Origin: a virus
Lineage: Duplodnaviria > Caudoviricetes
Reading direction: 5' to 3' (one strand)
Length of the DNA: 42,792 nt
Virus record (IMG/VR): IMGVR_UViG_3300038393_003169
Coordinates: 1-42,792 of that record
Position 1 is the first letter of the stretch; every line of letters starts with the position of its first letter. This document shows positions 35,910 through 42,792 of the stretch, in pieces. Below the pieces are notes generated by a model, which was not told the origin of the DNA, ran no database searches, and saw only the letters and a list, made by a program, of their open reading frames with translations. The position numbers and the translations under genes are program-made.

Positions 35910-37652
35910 ATGACGCTGTTCACCAGTCAGATCGCGGCCCTGCATCGGCCTGCTCCCGATTATCTGGACGCGCTCGCGGTTCAGCCCAAGGCCGTGTACT
36001 CGCTCAAGAAACTGGTCAGCACGGCAACGAAGTCCATCCGCGTACGCCGCTCCAGCGATAATGCCGAGCAGGATATTGGATTCACGCGCAATGAGCTGGA
36101 CGTATCCGCGCTCCTGGCATTCGCCGGGTCGTCTTCCTGCTACGTCACCACATTCTACGACCAGACCAGCGGCGCGAAGCATGCCGCGCAGGCTACTGCT
36201 GCGAACCAACCCCGCATCGTCAATGCCGGTGTCTATGACCGTAGGCTGATTTTCGACGGAGCCAATGACTCGCTGAAGATCACGAGCCTCGCAAATGGCA
36301 CGCCGCAGCTTGGTATCTACACCAAGATAAAGCAGGCGTCATCGTCCACCAATAAAATCATTATTGAAGCATCCACCAACTTCAACACAGCGGCGCAAGC
36401 GTTCCTGATGTTTACCGGCTTTGATTCGACCACTGGCTTTTATATCTGGTCACTCAATTCCAGTAACGCGGCAGGTAGTTCTCGCGGCAATCAGTCGAAC
36501 CTTTATTCTCTCGATCGACCGGCACTACTGACCGGGCTCTGGAACCGCGCCACGACTGGTGTGGGAGAAATCACGCTATACGCCGAAGGGCGGAAAATGC
36601 CGGTGGATCATGCCACGCCAAGCCCGGTGGAGCAGACAGGCAACTTCGGCACTTTCGACATCTACATCGGTGCTCGCGCCGGCACGTCTCTGTTTGCTGA
36701 TATGGAGATGGAAACGCTGGTGTTCTACGCTGCCGACACTGCCTCTATCCGCGCCTCGGTAGAGGGTGTCGTCGGTTATGGTGATTTCTTCTGGACGGCC
36801 AGGATGAACACGCCGACGACCTTCACCAAGATCGGAAGCACCTATTTCTGCGTCGATTGCTGGCATGCACGCGTGCTCTATTCGGACAACGTCAACAAGC
36901 CGATCACGCAATGGTCGCTGATGGACAACACCCTGAGGGGCCCTCACTCCATCGCCTATGACGGCTACATGTACGTCATTGAAGACACCGAAAACGGCGG
37001 CATCCGCACCTTCAAGTCCGACGGCGCAGGCGGATTTACCGCGATCACCACGCTGAGCAGCATTGGTACGCGCACTCACCGCGTGCAGTACGACAGCGCA
37101 ACGTCTTCGTTCTACGTCATTGGTGGAACGTCGCAGACCATGGCTCGCCTGACCCGATCCGGCGACACGCTGACCCTTCAGAGCAAGATCACATTGGCTT
37201 TCCTCTCGGGCCAATACAGTCGCGGGTTCCGCATCTACGACGGCAAGATGTACATCGTCTGCGAGCCGGGCAAGGTCTTCGAGGTTTCGTTCGATGGTGC
37301 CAGCACCTACACGCTGCTTAACACCTACAACACCCCCACGGGCTTCAGCTCGCCCAACGACATCTTTCGTGACTCGACCGGCAAGTGGTACCTGACCGGT
37401 ACAAACCAAGCTATGTGCCGCTTCGACCGCCTGGCAGACATGCATGCGGGCCTCGTTGAAGATGTCTACGACCTGTTCCGGCTTGGCGGCACGCCCTACT
37501 ACCTGGGCGAGTTCGACGGGTACCTCTGGATCCCCGAGATCATCGAACGAAGCGGCCTAACGCGGATCCTCAATGACGTGCCGGTGCTGGTTCACAATTT
37601 CGGGGCTGAGAACGCCAGCGACCTTGGCCGGCATACGGCGGCAGTCGGGTAG
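35910..37652 (+). CDS. Candidate receptor-binding protein: LamG/ConA-like N-terminal part plus beta-propeller-like C-terminal part
   Basis: VYSLKKL...IRVRRSSDNAEQDIGF, YDQTS, QPRIV; C-terminal short beta repeats (GPHSIAYDG, SPNDIF); last tail gene; start may be 35835. Confidence 0.7.
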   Translation: MTLFTSQIAALHRPAPDYLDALAVQPKAVYSLKKLVSTATKSIRVRRSSDNAEQDIGFTRNELDVSALLAFAGSSSCYVTTFYDQTSGAKHAAQATAANQPRIVNAGVYDRRLIFDGANDSLKITSLANGTPQLGIYTKIKQASSSTNKIIIEASTNFNTAAQAFLMFTGFDSTTGFYIWSLNSSNAAGSSRGNQSNLYSLDRPALLTGLWNRATTGVGEITLYAEGRKMPVDHATPSPVEQTGNFGTFDIYIGARAGTSLFADMEMETLVFYAADTASIRASVEGVVGYGDFFWTARMNTPTTFTKIGSTYFCVDCWHARVLYSDNVNKPITQWSLMDNTLRGPHSIAYDGYMYVIEDTENGGIRTFKSDGAGGFTAITTLSSIGTRTHRVQYDSATSSFYVIGGTSQTMARLTRSGDTLTLQSKITLAFLSGQYSRGFRIYDGKMYIVCEPGKVFEVSFDGASTYTLLNTYNTPTGFSSPNDIFRDSTGKWYLTGTNQAMCRFDRLADMHAGLVEDVYDLFRLGGTPYYLGEFDGYLWIPEIIERSGLTRILNDVPVLVHNFGAENASDLGRHTAAVG

Positions 37653-37686
37653 GGTGGCGGGTTGCCTTCATTGCGCGGCCATCGAT

Positions 37687-37716
37687 TTGGCACCCCGGGC
37701 CGATGCGGTCTAATCT
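37687..37716 (+). promoter_or_regulatory. Possible sigma70 promoter for the acyltransferase moron
   Basis: TTGGCA-18 bp-TAATCT about 30 bp before ATG 37748. Confidence 0.45.
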
Positions 37717-37747
37717 CGCTAGCACCGGGATCAGGGACGGGGGGCGC

Positions 37748-38863
37748 ATGGTCAGCGCAGCGGCTGCACCGATCGGCCAGAAGCACATCTATACGGGCTT
37801 TATTGACGGGCTGCGCGGGATCGCCGCCATCTGGGTGGTGGTTGCCCACTGCCTCATTTGGGGCGGCTATCGAGGATGGATTCCTGACCCGAAAGTCGCC
37901 GTTGACGTCTTCATGGTCATTTCGGGGTACCTGATAGCCCTGACCTACAGCTCAGCAGAAGGCGCCATCGCCTTTTACCTGCGTAGGGGCTTCCGTTTGC
38001 TGCCCGTCTATTACCTGGTGCTGAGCGTGGCGTTCGCCACCTTCGATGCCTACGGTGCTGGTTACACCAGCCTGCAGGCGTTGGACCCGCTTCGGTGGGC
38101 CCGATCGGTGCATCGACCGTCCGAGTACGTCGCCGACCTTCAGAGCTACCTCGCTCACCTCACGATGCTGTTTGGCCTGGCGCCACGCTATTCCATCGGC
38201 TCGATGCTCCCGGACTGGAGCCTCACCCTGGAATGGCAGTTCTATCTCGCTTTTCCGTTCCTGCTGCCCGTGCTCTTGAGGCGGCCTGCCCTGATGGCTG
38301 CGATCGCGTTCGTAGCTGCGCTTCTCATCTGGCCGGTCTCGCGGTACCCAGAGCCTTCGTTCTTGCTCTTGAAGCTCCCTGTCTTCTTGATCGGTTGCCT
38401 TTGTTACCTGTACCACCGGTCCGGCGGCTTGCTCTATTTGCTGGCCGGCTTGATGTTATTGGCCGGCCATGTGTGGCTCTCGTTCCGATTCCTCTACGGG
38501 AGCCAAGTGGTGCTGTTCCTCGCCCCTGTGTCGGTGTTTTACCTTGGCACGGGGCCGTGGCGCTGGGGCCGCCGCCTACTCGGCATCAGCGCTTTCAAGT
38601 TCTTTGCCAACGCGTCCTACAGCGCTTACCTGACACATGGCTTCTTCATCGCCTTCGTCGGCAGCCGGATCCTTGGTGCTTCGCCTACCGGATCGCATGC
38701 GCTGGATCTAGCGATGATGGTCGCCGCGGTGCTGGCTGGAACCTACGCGGTCGCAGGAGCCTTATTCGCAGGCATCGAGCGGCCGCTGACGGCGAAGGGC
38801 AGACTGCTGGCCAAGCGCTTTGTGGCAGCGCGGCAAGCGAAGTTGTTGCGCAACGCGGTCTAA
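37748..38863 (+). CDS. Acyltransferase-3 (OafA/Oac-like) membrane O-acyltransferase
   Basis: IDGLRGIAAIWVVVAH, AVDVFMVISGYLI, FYLRRGFRLLP, WSLTLEWQFY, SYSAYLTH, IERP. Confidence 0.93.
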   Translation: MVSAAAAPIGQKHIYTGFIDGLRGIAAIWVVVAHCLIWGGYRGWIPDPKVAVDVFMVISGYLIALTYSSAEGAIAFYLRRGFRLLPVYYLVLSVAFATFDAYGAGYTSLQALDPLRWARSVHRPSEYVADLQSYLAHLTMLFGLAPRYSIGSMLPDWSLTLEWQFYLAFPFLLPVLLRRPALMAAIAFVAALLIWPVSRYPEPSFLLLKLPVFLIGCLCYLYHRSGGLLYLLAGLMLLAGHVWLSFRFLYGSQVVLFLAPVSVFYLGTGPWRWGRRLLGISAFKFFANASYSAYLTHGFFIAFVGSRILGASPTGSHALDLAMMVAAVLAGTYAVAGALFAGIERPLTAKGRLLAKRFVAARQAKLLRNAV

Positions 38864-38975
38864 GTCCTTTCTCCCCGAGGGTCGCTGTATCGCATCAGGC
38901 CCTCGATCGGACGTTCCACCCAGCGGCGGTTACACCAGAAGACGTCGACGGGCCTTTTGACCGCGGCCTAGGCGA

Positions 38976-39000
38976 AAACGGTTTGCCTTATTGATTTCCG
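38976..39000 (+). promoter_or_regulatory. Candidate late-promoter element, copy 2
   Basis: Identical 25-mer to 20258-20282; 23 nt before the endolysin ATG. Confidence 0.8.
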
Positions 39001-39023
39001 CGTGGATGGGCACGCTGGCCCAC

Positions 39024-39527
39024 ATGAGCCAGCTGCCCCTGCCGATCTCGCCCGCCGACGCGCTTGCGCACATCATCGGGCCGGCCTTGCGCCTGCTCCC
39101 GCCGGCGCTCACCTGCGACCCTGCCATGGTGCTGGTGCTGGCCATCTTCCTGCAGGAATCCGGCCTGCGGGCCCGGGTGCAGGCCGGCAATGGCCCCGCC
39201 CGTGGCTTGGCGCAGTTCGAACGCGGCGGCGCCGTGGTGGGCGTGCTCCAGCACCATGCCACCGAGGCTCTGGCCCGCGCCCTGTGCGCAGTTCGGGGCG
39301 TGCCGGCCACCAGCTACAGCGTCTACACCAGCCTCGCCGGCGACGACCTGCTCGCCGCCGGCTTCGCGCGCCTGCTGCTCTACACCGATCCTGCGCCGCT
39401 GCCGCCCTTGGGGGCGGTCGATGCCGCGTGGGCCTACTACGAACGCAACTGGAAGCCCGGCAAGCCTCGCCCGGCTGACTGGCCCGACCACTACGCAACG
39501 GCGCTGGCCTGCGTCAGGGGAAAGTAA
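39024..39527 (+). CDS. Endolysin (lysozyme-like fold, putative)
   Basis: AIFLQES...RVQ..GPARGLAQFE...WKPGKP; precedes holin and spanins. Confidence 0.8.
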   Translation: MSQLPLPISPADALAHIIGPALRLLPPALTCDPAMVLVLAIFLQESGLRARVQAGNGPARGLAQFERGGAVVGVLQHHATEALARALCAVRGVPATSYSVYTSLAGDDLLAAGFARLLLYTDPAPLPPLGAVDAAWAYYERNWKPGKPRPADWPDHYATALACVRGK

Positions 39528-39529
39528 CC

Positions 39530-39802
39530 ATGCACGACTCCGAGCGCAGCATCCTCGGGCTGATCTTCCTCGGCGCGATGATCGCGGTGGGCAAACTGCT
39601 GGCCAGCAACGAAGTGCTGACCGTGCGGCTGATTGCCGGTCGCACCATCCTTGGCTGCGCCACCTCGCTGGTGGCCGGGGTGGTGCTCATTCAGATCCCT
39701 GATGTGCCCCCGCTGGTGCTCTACGGGATCGGCTCGGCACTCGGAATCGCCGGCGCCCAGGTGATCGAGGGCTATTTCAAGCGCAAGGCGTCAGGCTCGT
39801 GA
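39530..39802 (+). CDS. Holin
   Basis: 90 aa, about three hydrophobic helices, basic C-terminus. Confidence 0.85.
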   Translation: MHDSERSILGLIFLGAMIAVGKLLASNEVLTVRLIAGRTILGCATSLVAGVVLIQIPDVPPLVLYGIGSALGIAGAQVIEGYFKRKASGS

Positions 39803-40197
39803 ACCCGAAGCTCTACGGCTATGCAGCCGCGCTGCTCGGCATTGCCCTGGCGCTGGGTGGCGCGGCCTGGTGGGGCCACCGCAAGGGCAGGGTGGCACAG
39901 GCCGCCGATGATGCCGCGCTGATTGCGCGCAAGAATGCGGCCCTTTTGGCCGCCTCCGGCTCGCTGGCCAACGCCGCCGGCGCCCTGCGCTCCGTGAGCG
40001 TCCAGACGCGTGCGAATGCCGCAGCCGCGGCACAGGCACAAGCCAGTGCCCAAGCGGCAAGCGAAGATGCCGCACAAGCGAAGAAGGCGTTCTCGGCAGC
40101 CCAGGCAACTTGGCAGCGCCGCTATGCCAACGCACGACGACAGCCCGACTGCCGCACTGTGCTGGAGATGCACCTATGTCCTGCCGTCTCGGAATAG
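39799..40197 (+). CDS. Rz-like inner-membrane spanin
   Basis: N-terminal TM then Ala-rich coiled coil ending with Cys residues. Confidence 0.8.
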   Translation: MNPKLYGYAAALLGIALALGGAAWWGHRKGRVAQAADDAALIARKNAALLAASGSLANAAGALRSVSVQTRANAAAAAQAQASAQAASEDAAQAKKAFSAAQATWQRRYANARRQPDCRTVLEMHLCPAVSE

Positions 40198-40448
40198 CAG
40201 CCCTCACGCTGCTTCTGGCCAGCTGCTCGAGCGGGCCGCCGCAACCGCAGCTGCCCAAGGTGGTCTACGTCCAGGTCGATCACTTCGTGCCGATCGATCC
40301 CTCCCTGCTGGGGGACTGTCCCATCGACGAGCCGGCCGACGATACCGTCGGCGCCCGGGTCGAGGTGGCCAAGCTGCGAAAGACGTCCCTGCAGCGCTGC
40401 AACGCCGACAAGGCCGCGATTAGGGCCTCGCAGCCGGTCGTTCATTGA
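40176..40448 (+). CDS. Rz1-like outer-membrane lipoprotein spanin
   Basis: Lipobox LLLASC, Pro-rich, LQRCNADKAAIR; overlaps Rz. Confidence 0.87.
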   Translation: MSCRLGIAALTLLLASCSSGPPQPQLPKVVYVQVDHFVPIDPSLLGDCPIDEPADDTVGARVEVAKLRKTSLQRCNADKAAIRASQPVVH

Positions 40449-40538
40449 TGGCCTGGGTCTTTCTCGCCATCTTTGCAGCCTGCGCAGCGGGCCTTGCATG
40501 CTTGCTCCTGAGCGACTGGGGAGCGCCAAGCGCCAGGC

Positions 40539-40565
40539 AAAAAGAGAGCCCCTTGCGGGGCTCTC
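40539..40565 (-). terminator. Rho-independent terminator for the small minus-strand gene
   Basis: GAGAGCCCC-TTGC-GGGGCTCTC with a T-run on the minus strand. Confidence 0.8.
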
Positions 40566-40569
40566 CTGG

Positions 40570-40773
40570 TCAGCTGCCAGATTTGTCGTCTGGCTTCTTT
40601 TCGTCCGGTACCCAGATTGGCCAAGCCTTCAGGCCGTAGTGCTTGGCCCAGAGCGTCTTGCCCGTGCGAGGATCAACCCGGTAAGGGCGGAACTCGAAAT
40701 GTCCAGACTGGCCGGCGCGTTCGCCGCGGTGCTGGTGCTTCTCCGAGGTACTCGGTTTCTTACGATCTGACAT
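40570..40773 (-). CDS. Small basic protein (MSDRKKPST...FRPYRVDPRTGKTLWAKHYGLKAWPIWV)
   Basis: Compact aromatic motif; ends immediately before a terminator. Confidence 0.72.
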   Translation of the reverse strand: MSDRKKPSTSEKHQHRGERAGQSGHFEFRPYRVDPRTGKTLWAKHYGLKAWPIWVPDEKKPDDKSGS

Positions 40774-40939
40774 GGTGGTGTACCAATGAAGTGCATTGGA
40801 ACACGACCGTGATGCGCCCCTTACGATCGTCAATTGGGTCTTGACCCAAGTAACTTTGAAGGTTACAAGGAGCGCATCACGTGGCCCCCCGGTAAAAGCG
40901 GACCCGTGTCGGCAGCTTTGCACGTTGGCTGCCTACCCC

Positions 40940-40976
40940 GAAACGGTCGGTGTTCTAGCACCGGCCGTTTCTTTTT
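40940..40976 (+). terminator. Rho-independent terminator-like hairpin
   Basis: GAAACGGTCGGTG-TTCTAG-CACCGGCCGTTTC then TTTTT. Confidence 0.7.
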
Positions 40977-41231
40977 GCAGCTTCACCATCCCTTGGGTGA
41001 GGAATGGCTAACCCGCACAACATCTTGGTGCGAGGGTTGCTGTCGGAAACGGACGGTATCGCTGGCCTGCGTAGGCGTCAACAGAAATTTCCGTAGCCCA
41101 TGAATGGCTTGGAACCTAGCTGTCGCAAGGGCTGACACAGCCCGCACAGTTTCCGACCTGCATCCGGCGGGCGTGTACCAGCCGCCTGGTACACCGGTTG
41201 GTGGCCCTGGCGCGTGCTATTTCGCCCGGAC

Positions 41232-41501
41232 CTATCGCGGCTTCCGATCAGGCGGCGGATAGGTCGGCTTGAAGTCCAGCACGATTTCGCCGGTGTCGGC
41301 CATCACGTCCGGCTCCCGGCGTTCGTGGCGTTGCCAGTTCGCGAGCCGCAGCACTCGACCGCAGAGGCTGTCGAGGTTCGGGTCGCACGCCAGGTAGAGG
41401 TCGCCTTCAGGGTCGCGCAGGATCAGGCCGCTCGCGCCAGATTGTTTCAGGTGTTCGCGTAGCAGACGGAACAGCTCTCGCGCGTCAGGTGCTTCGGGCA
41501 T
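41232..41501 (-). CDS. Small hypothetical protein, paralog of 41513-41713
   Basis: AAGGA RBS; shares motif with its neighbour. Confidence 0.75.
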   Translation of the reverse strand: MPEAPDARELFRLLREHLKQSGASGLILRDPEGDLYLACDPNLDSLCGRVLRLANWQRHERREPDVMADTGEIVLDFKPTYPPPDRKPR

Positions 41502-41512
41502 GGTCCTTCTAC

Positions 41513-41713
41513 TCAGTCGTTGCCCGCATACGGGGTCAATTGATCAGGTCGCGTGGTCACCATGTGGGCGATCATCTCCTTGCTCTCGTCCACGGCGACG
41601 TAGTAGCCACCGGCTTCATCGTGCAAAACGAAGCCGGTCGCCCGCGACCGTCTCAGGTGCTCGCGGATCGCCTCAAACATGGGCTCAGGATCAGGGGTCG
41701 GATCGTTGCTCAT
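41513..41713 (-). CDS. Small hypothetical protein, paralog of 41232-41501
   Basis: MSNDPTPDPEPMFEAIREHL...; shared motif. Confidence 0.7.
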   Translation of the reverse strand: MSNDPTPDPEPMFEAIREHLRRSRATGFVLHDEAGGYYVAVDESKEMIAHMVTTRPDQLTPYAGND

Positions 41714-41817
41714 TGTCGCTTTATCTCGCGCTGGCGGTGATCGGCTCGTCACGGCCTCACATGCCGCCAACCTGCCGCCGTGGCACCATCAGGGCCCGAC
41801 CTGAGCCGCCGCCATCC

Positions 41818-42792
41818 ATGTGCTACTCCGCCCAGATCAAGGCTGACTACAACAAGTTCCAGCGCGTGTATGGCGCTGTCCTCGACCTGCGCGAGTTCGT
41901 GCGGCTGTTCTGGGAGAAGCGCCGAGATGGCAGCTGGACGAAGATTCCCAAGGCGATGCGCGAGCCATTCCGCACGCCATCCAGCGAGGCGGGCTTTGAG
42001 CTGGCCAAGCTTGTGGCCGAGGGTGACAGGGATCTGGCCGGCACTTATGAGGCGGAACTCGACGCCCAGCAGGCGCGACTGGCCGCGGCCGAGGCCAAGC
42101 TGGCCAGCCCGAAGCCGACAAAGGCGGCCGCGAACGACAAGCGCATCGCCACCAACAAGATCGCCGCGGCCCAGCGCAACCTGGACGACCTTGCGCGTCG
42201 CGAGATTGTTGACCGCGACCGGCGCATCTTCCCCGACTGGTACGCACCGGTCATGCTGGTCGAGAACGGACAGCGGGTGGTGCGCCCGATGCGCTACCAC
42301 TGCCGGCCCTGCGGCATGCCCAAGACGAGCGACCGCACCAAGGAGGGAAAGGTCAGCGGCAAGTACAACGCCCGGCGCGACAACCTCGAGCGTTTCTGGA
42401 GCAATCTGTTCGGCCACACGCACTGCGTGATGTTCGCCGATGCGTTCTTCGAGAACGTGCCGCTGCACAAGTACGAGCATCGCGACCTGCGGCCCGGTGA
42501 GCGCGAGCAAAACGTGGTGCTGAAGTTCGACCCATCGCCAGCGCAAGAGATGCTGGTGGCCTGCCTCTGGTCGCCATGGACCGAGGGCGAGGAGCAGCTC
42601 AACTCCTTCGCGGCGATCACCGACGAGCCGCCGCCTGAGGTGGCCGCGGCCGGTCACGACAGGTGCATCATCCCGATCAAGCCCGAGCACCTGGACGCCT
42701 GGCTCAACCCCGACCCGAACAACCTGGCCGCGCTGCACGCCATTCTGGACGATCGCGCCCGGCCGTACTATGAGCACCAGCTCGCTGCGTAG
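41818..42792 (+). CDS. SOS response-associated peptidase (SRAP/HMCES-like abasic-site protein)
   Basis: N-terminal MC, YNARRDNL, FFE, SFAAITDEPP, GHDRCIIP. Confidence 0.93.
   Translation: MCYSAQIKADYNKFQRVYGAVLDLREFVRLFWEKRRDGSWTKIPKAMREPFRTPSSEAGFELAKLVAEGDRDLAGTYEAELDAQQARLAAAEAKLASPKPTKAAANDKRIATNKIAAAQRNLDDLARREIVDRDRRIFPDWYAPVMLVENGQRVVRPMRYHCRPCGMPKTSDRTKEGKVSGKYNARRDNLERFWSNLFGHTHCVMFADAFFENVPLHKYEHRDLRPGEREQNVVLKFDPSPAQEMLVACLWSPWTEGEEQLNSFAAITDEPPPEVAAAGHDRCIIPIKPEHLDAWLNPDPNNLAALHAILDDRARPYYEHQLAA

Larger units (their letters stand above)
1..42792. mobile_element. Temperate siphophage prophage (lambdoid organisation), probably near-complete; right att site not seen in window
   Basis: Integrase, CI/Cro, replication, terminase, portal, capsid, tail tube, tape measure and lysis genes in a coherent order; tRNA fragment at the left end. 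Confidence 0.97.

Noticed and set aside
32757-37652. A third VR in the tail-tip or fibre genes
   Set aside because: No TR-like sequence or IMH/hairpin signature seen by eye; a local alignment of TR against the window would confirm
41173-41194. Dyad GTGTACCAG-CCGC-CTGGTACAC as right att site
   Set aside because: No similarity to the tRNA end at 1-44; more likely a hairpin downstream of the small minus-strand genes

Overview
The whole window is one GC-rich temperate, lambdoid-type siphoprophage; a Xanthomonadales-like host is inferred only from composition and gene content. The left end is a large serine recombinase whose last codons run antisense across the 3' half of an initiator tRNA-Met, the likely attachment site. 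A leftward early operon follows, then a CI/Cro switch with 15-bp operators, a primase-helicase with an adjacent converging-repeat origin candidate, terminase, a Mor-like activator, head and tail genes, an O-acyltransferase moron, a lysis cassette and an SRAP gene. The main find is a complete diversity-generating retroelement (Avd, template repeat, RT) inside the early operon. It has two variable repeats, which differ from the template at 11 and 12 positions, every one a template adenine. Both lie at the C-termini of small DUF1566-like proteins with no visible signal peptide, not in the tail genes. The template repeat sits in-frame inside the 5' end of the RT ORF, and a 16-nt segment at the avd/RT junction is complementary to the 3' flanks of both variable repeats. 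Secondary finds are a GHKL-ATPase/STAS/membrane-protein moron, a 25-bp exact repeat before the head and lysis operons, and a cosQ-like motif separated from terS by the primase. All family calls come from motif recognition by eye; no database search was run.
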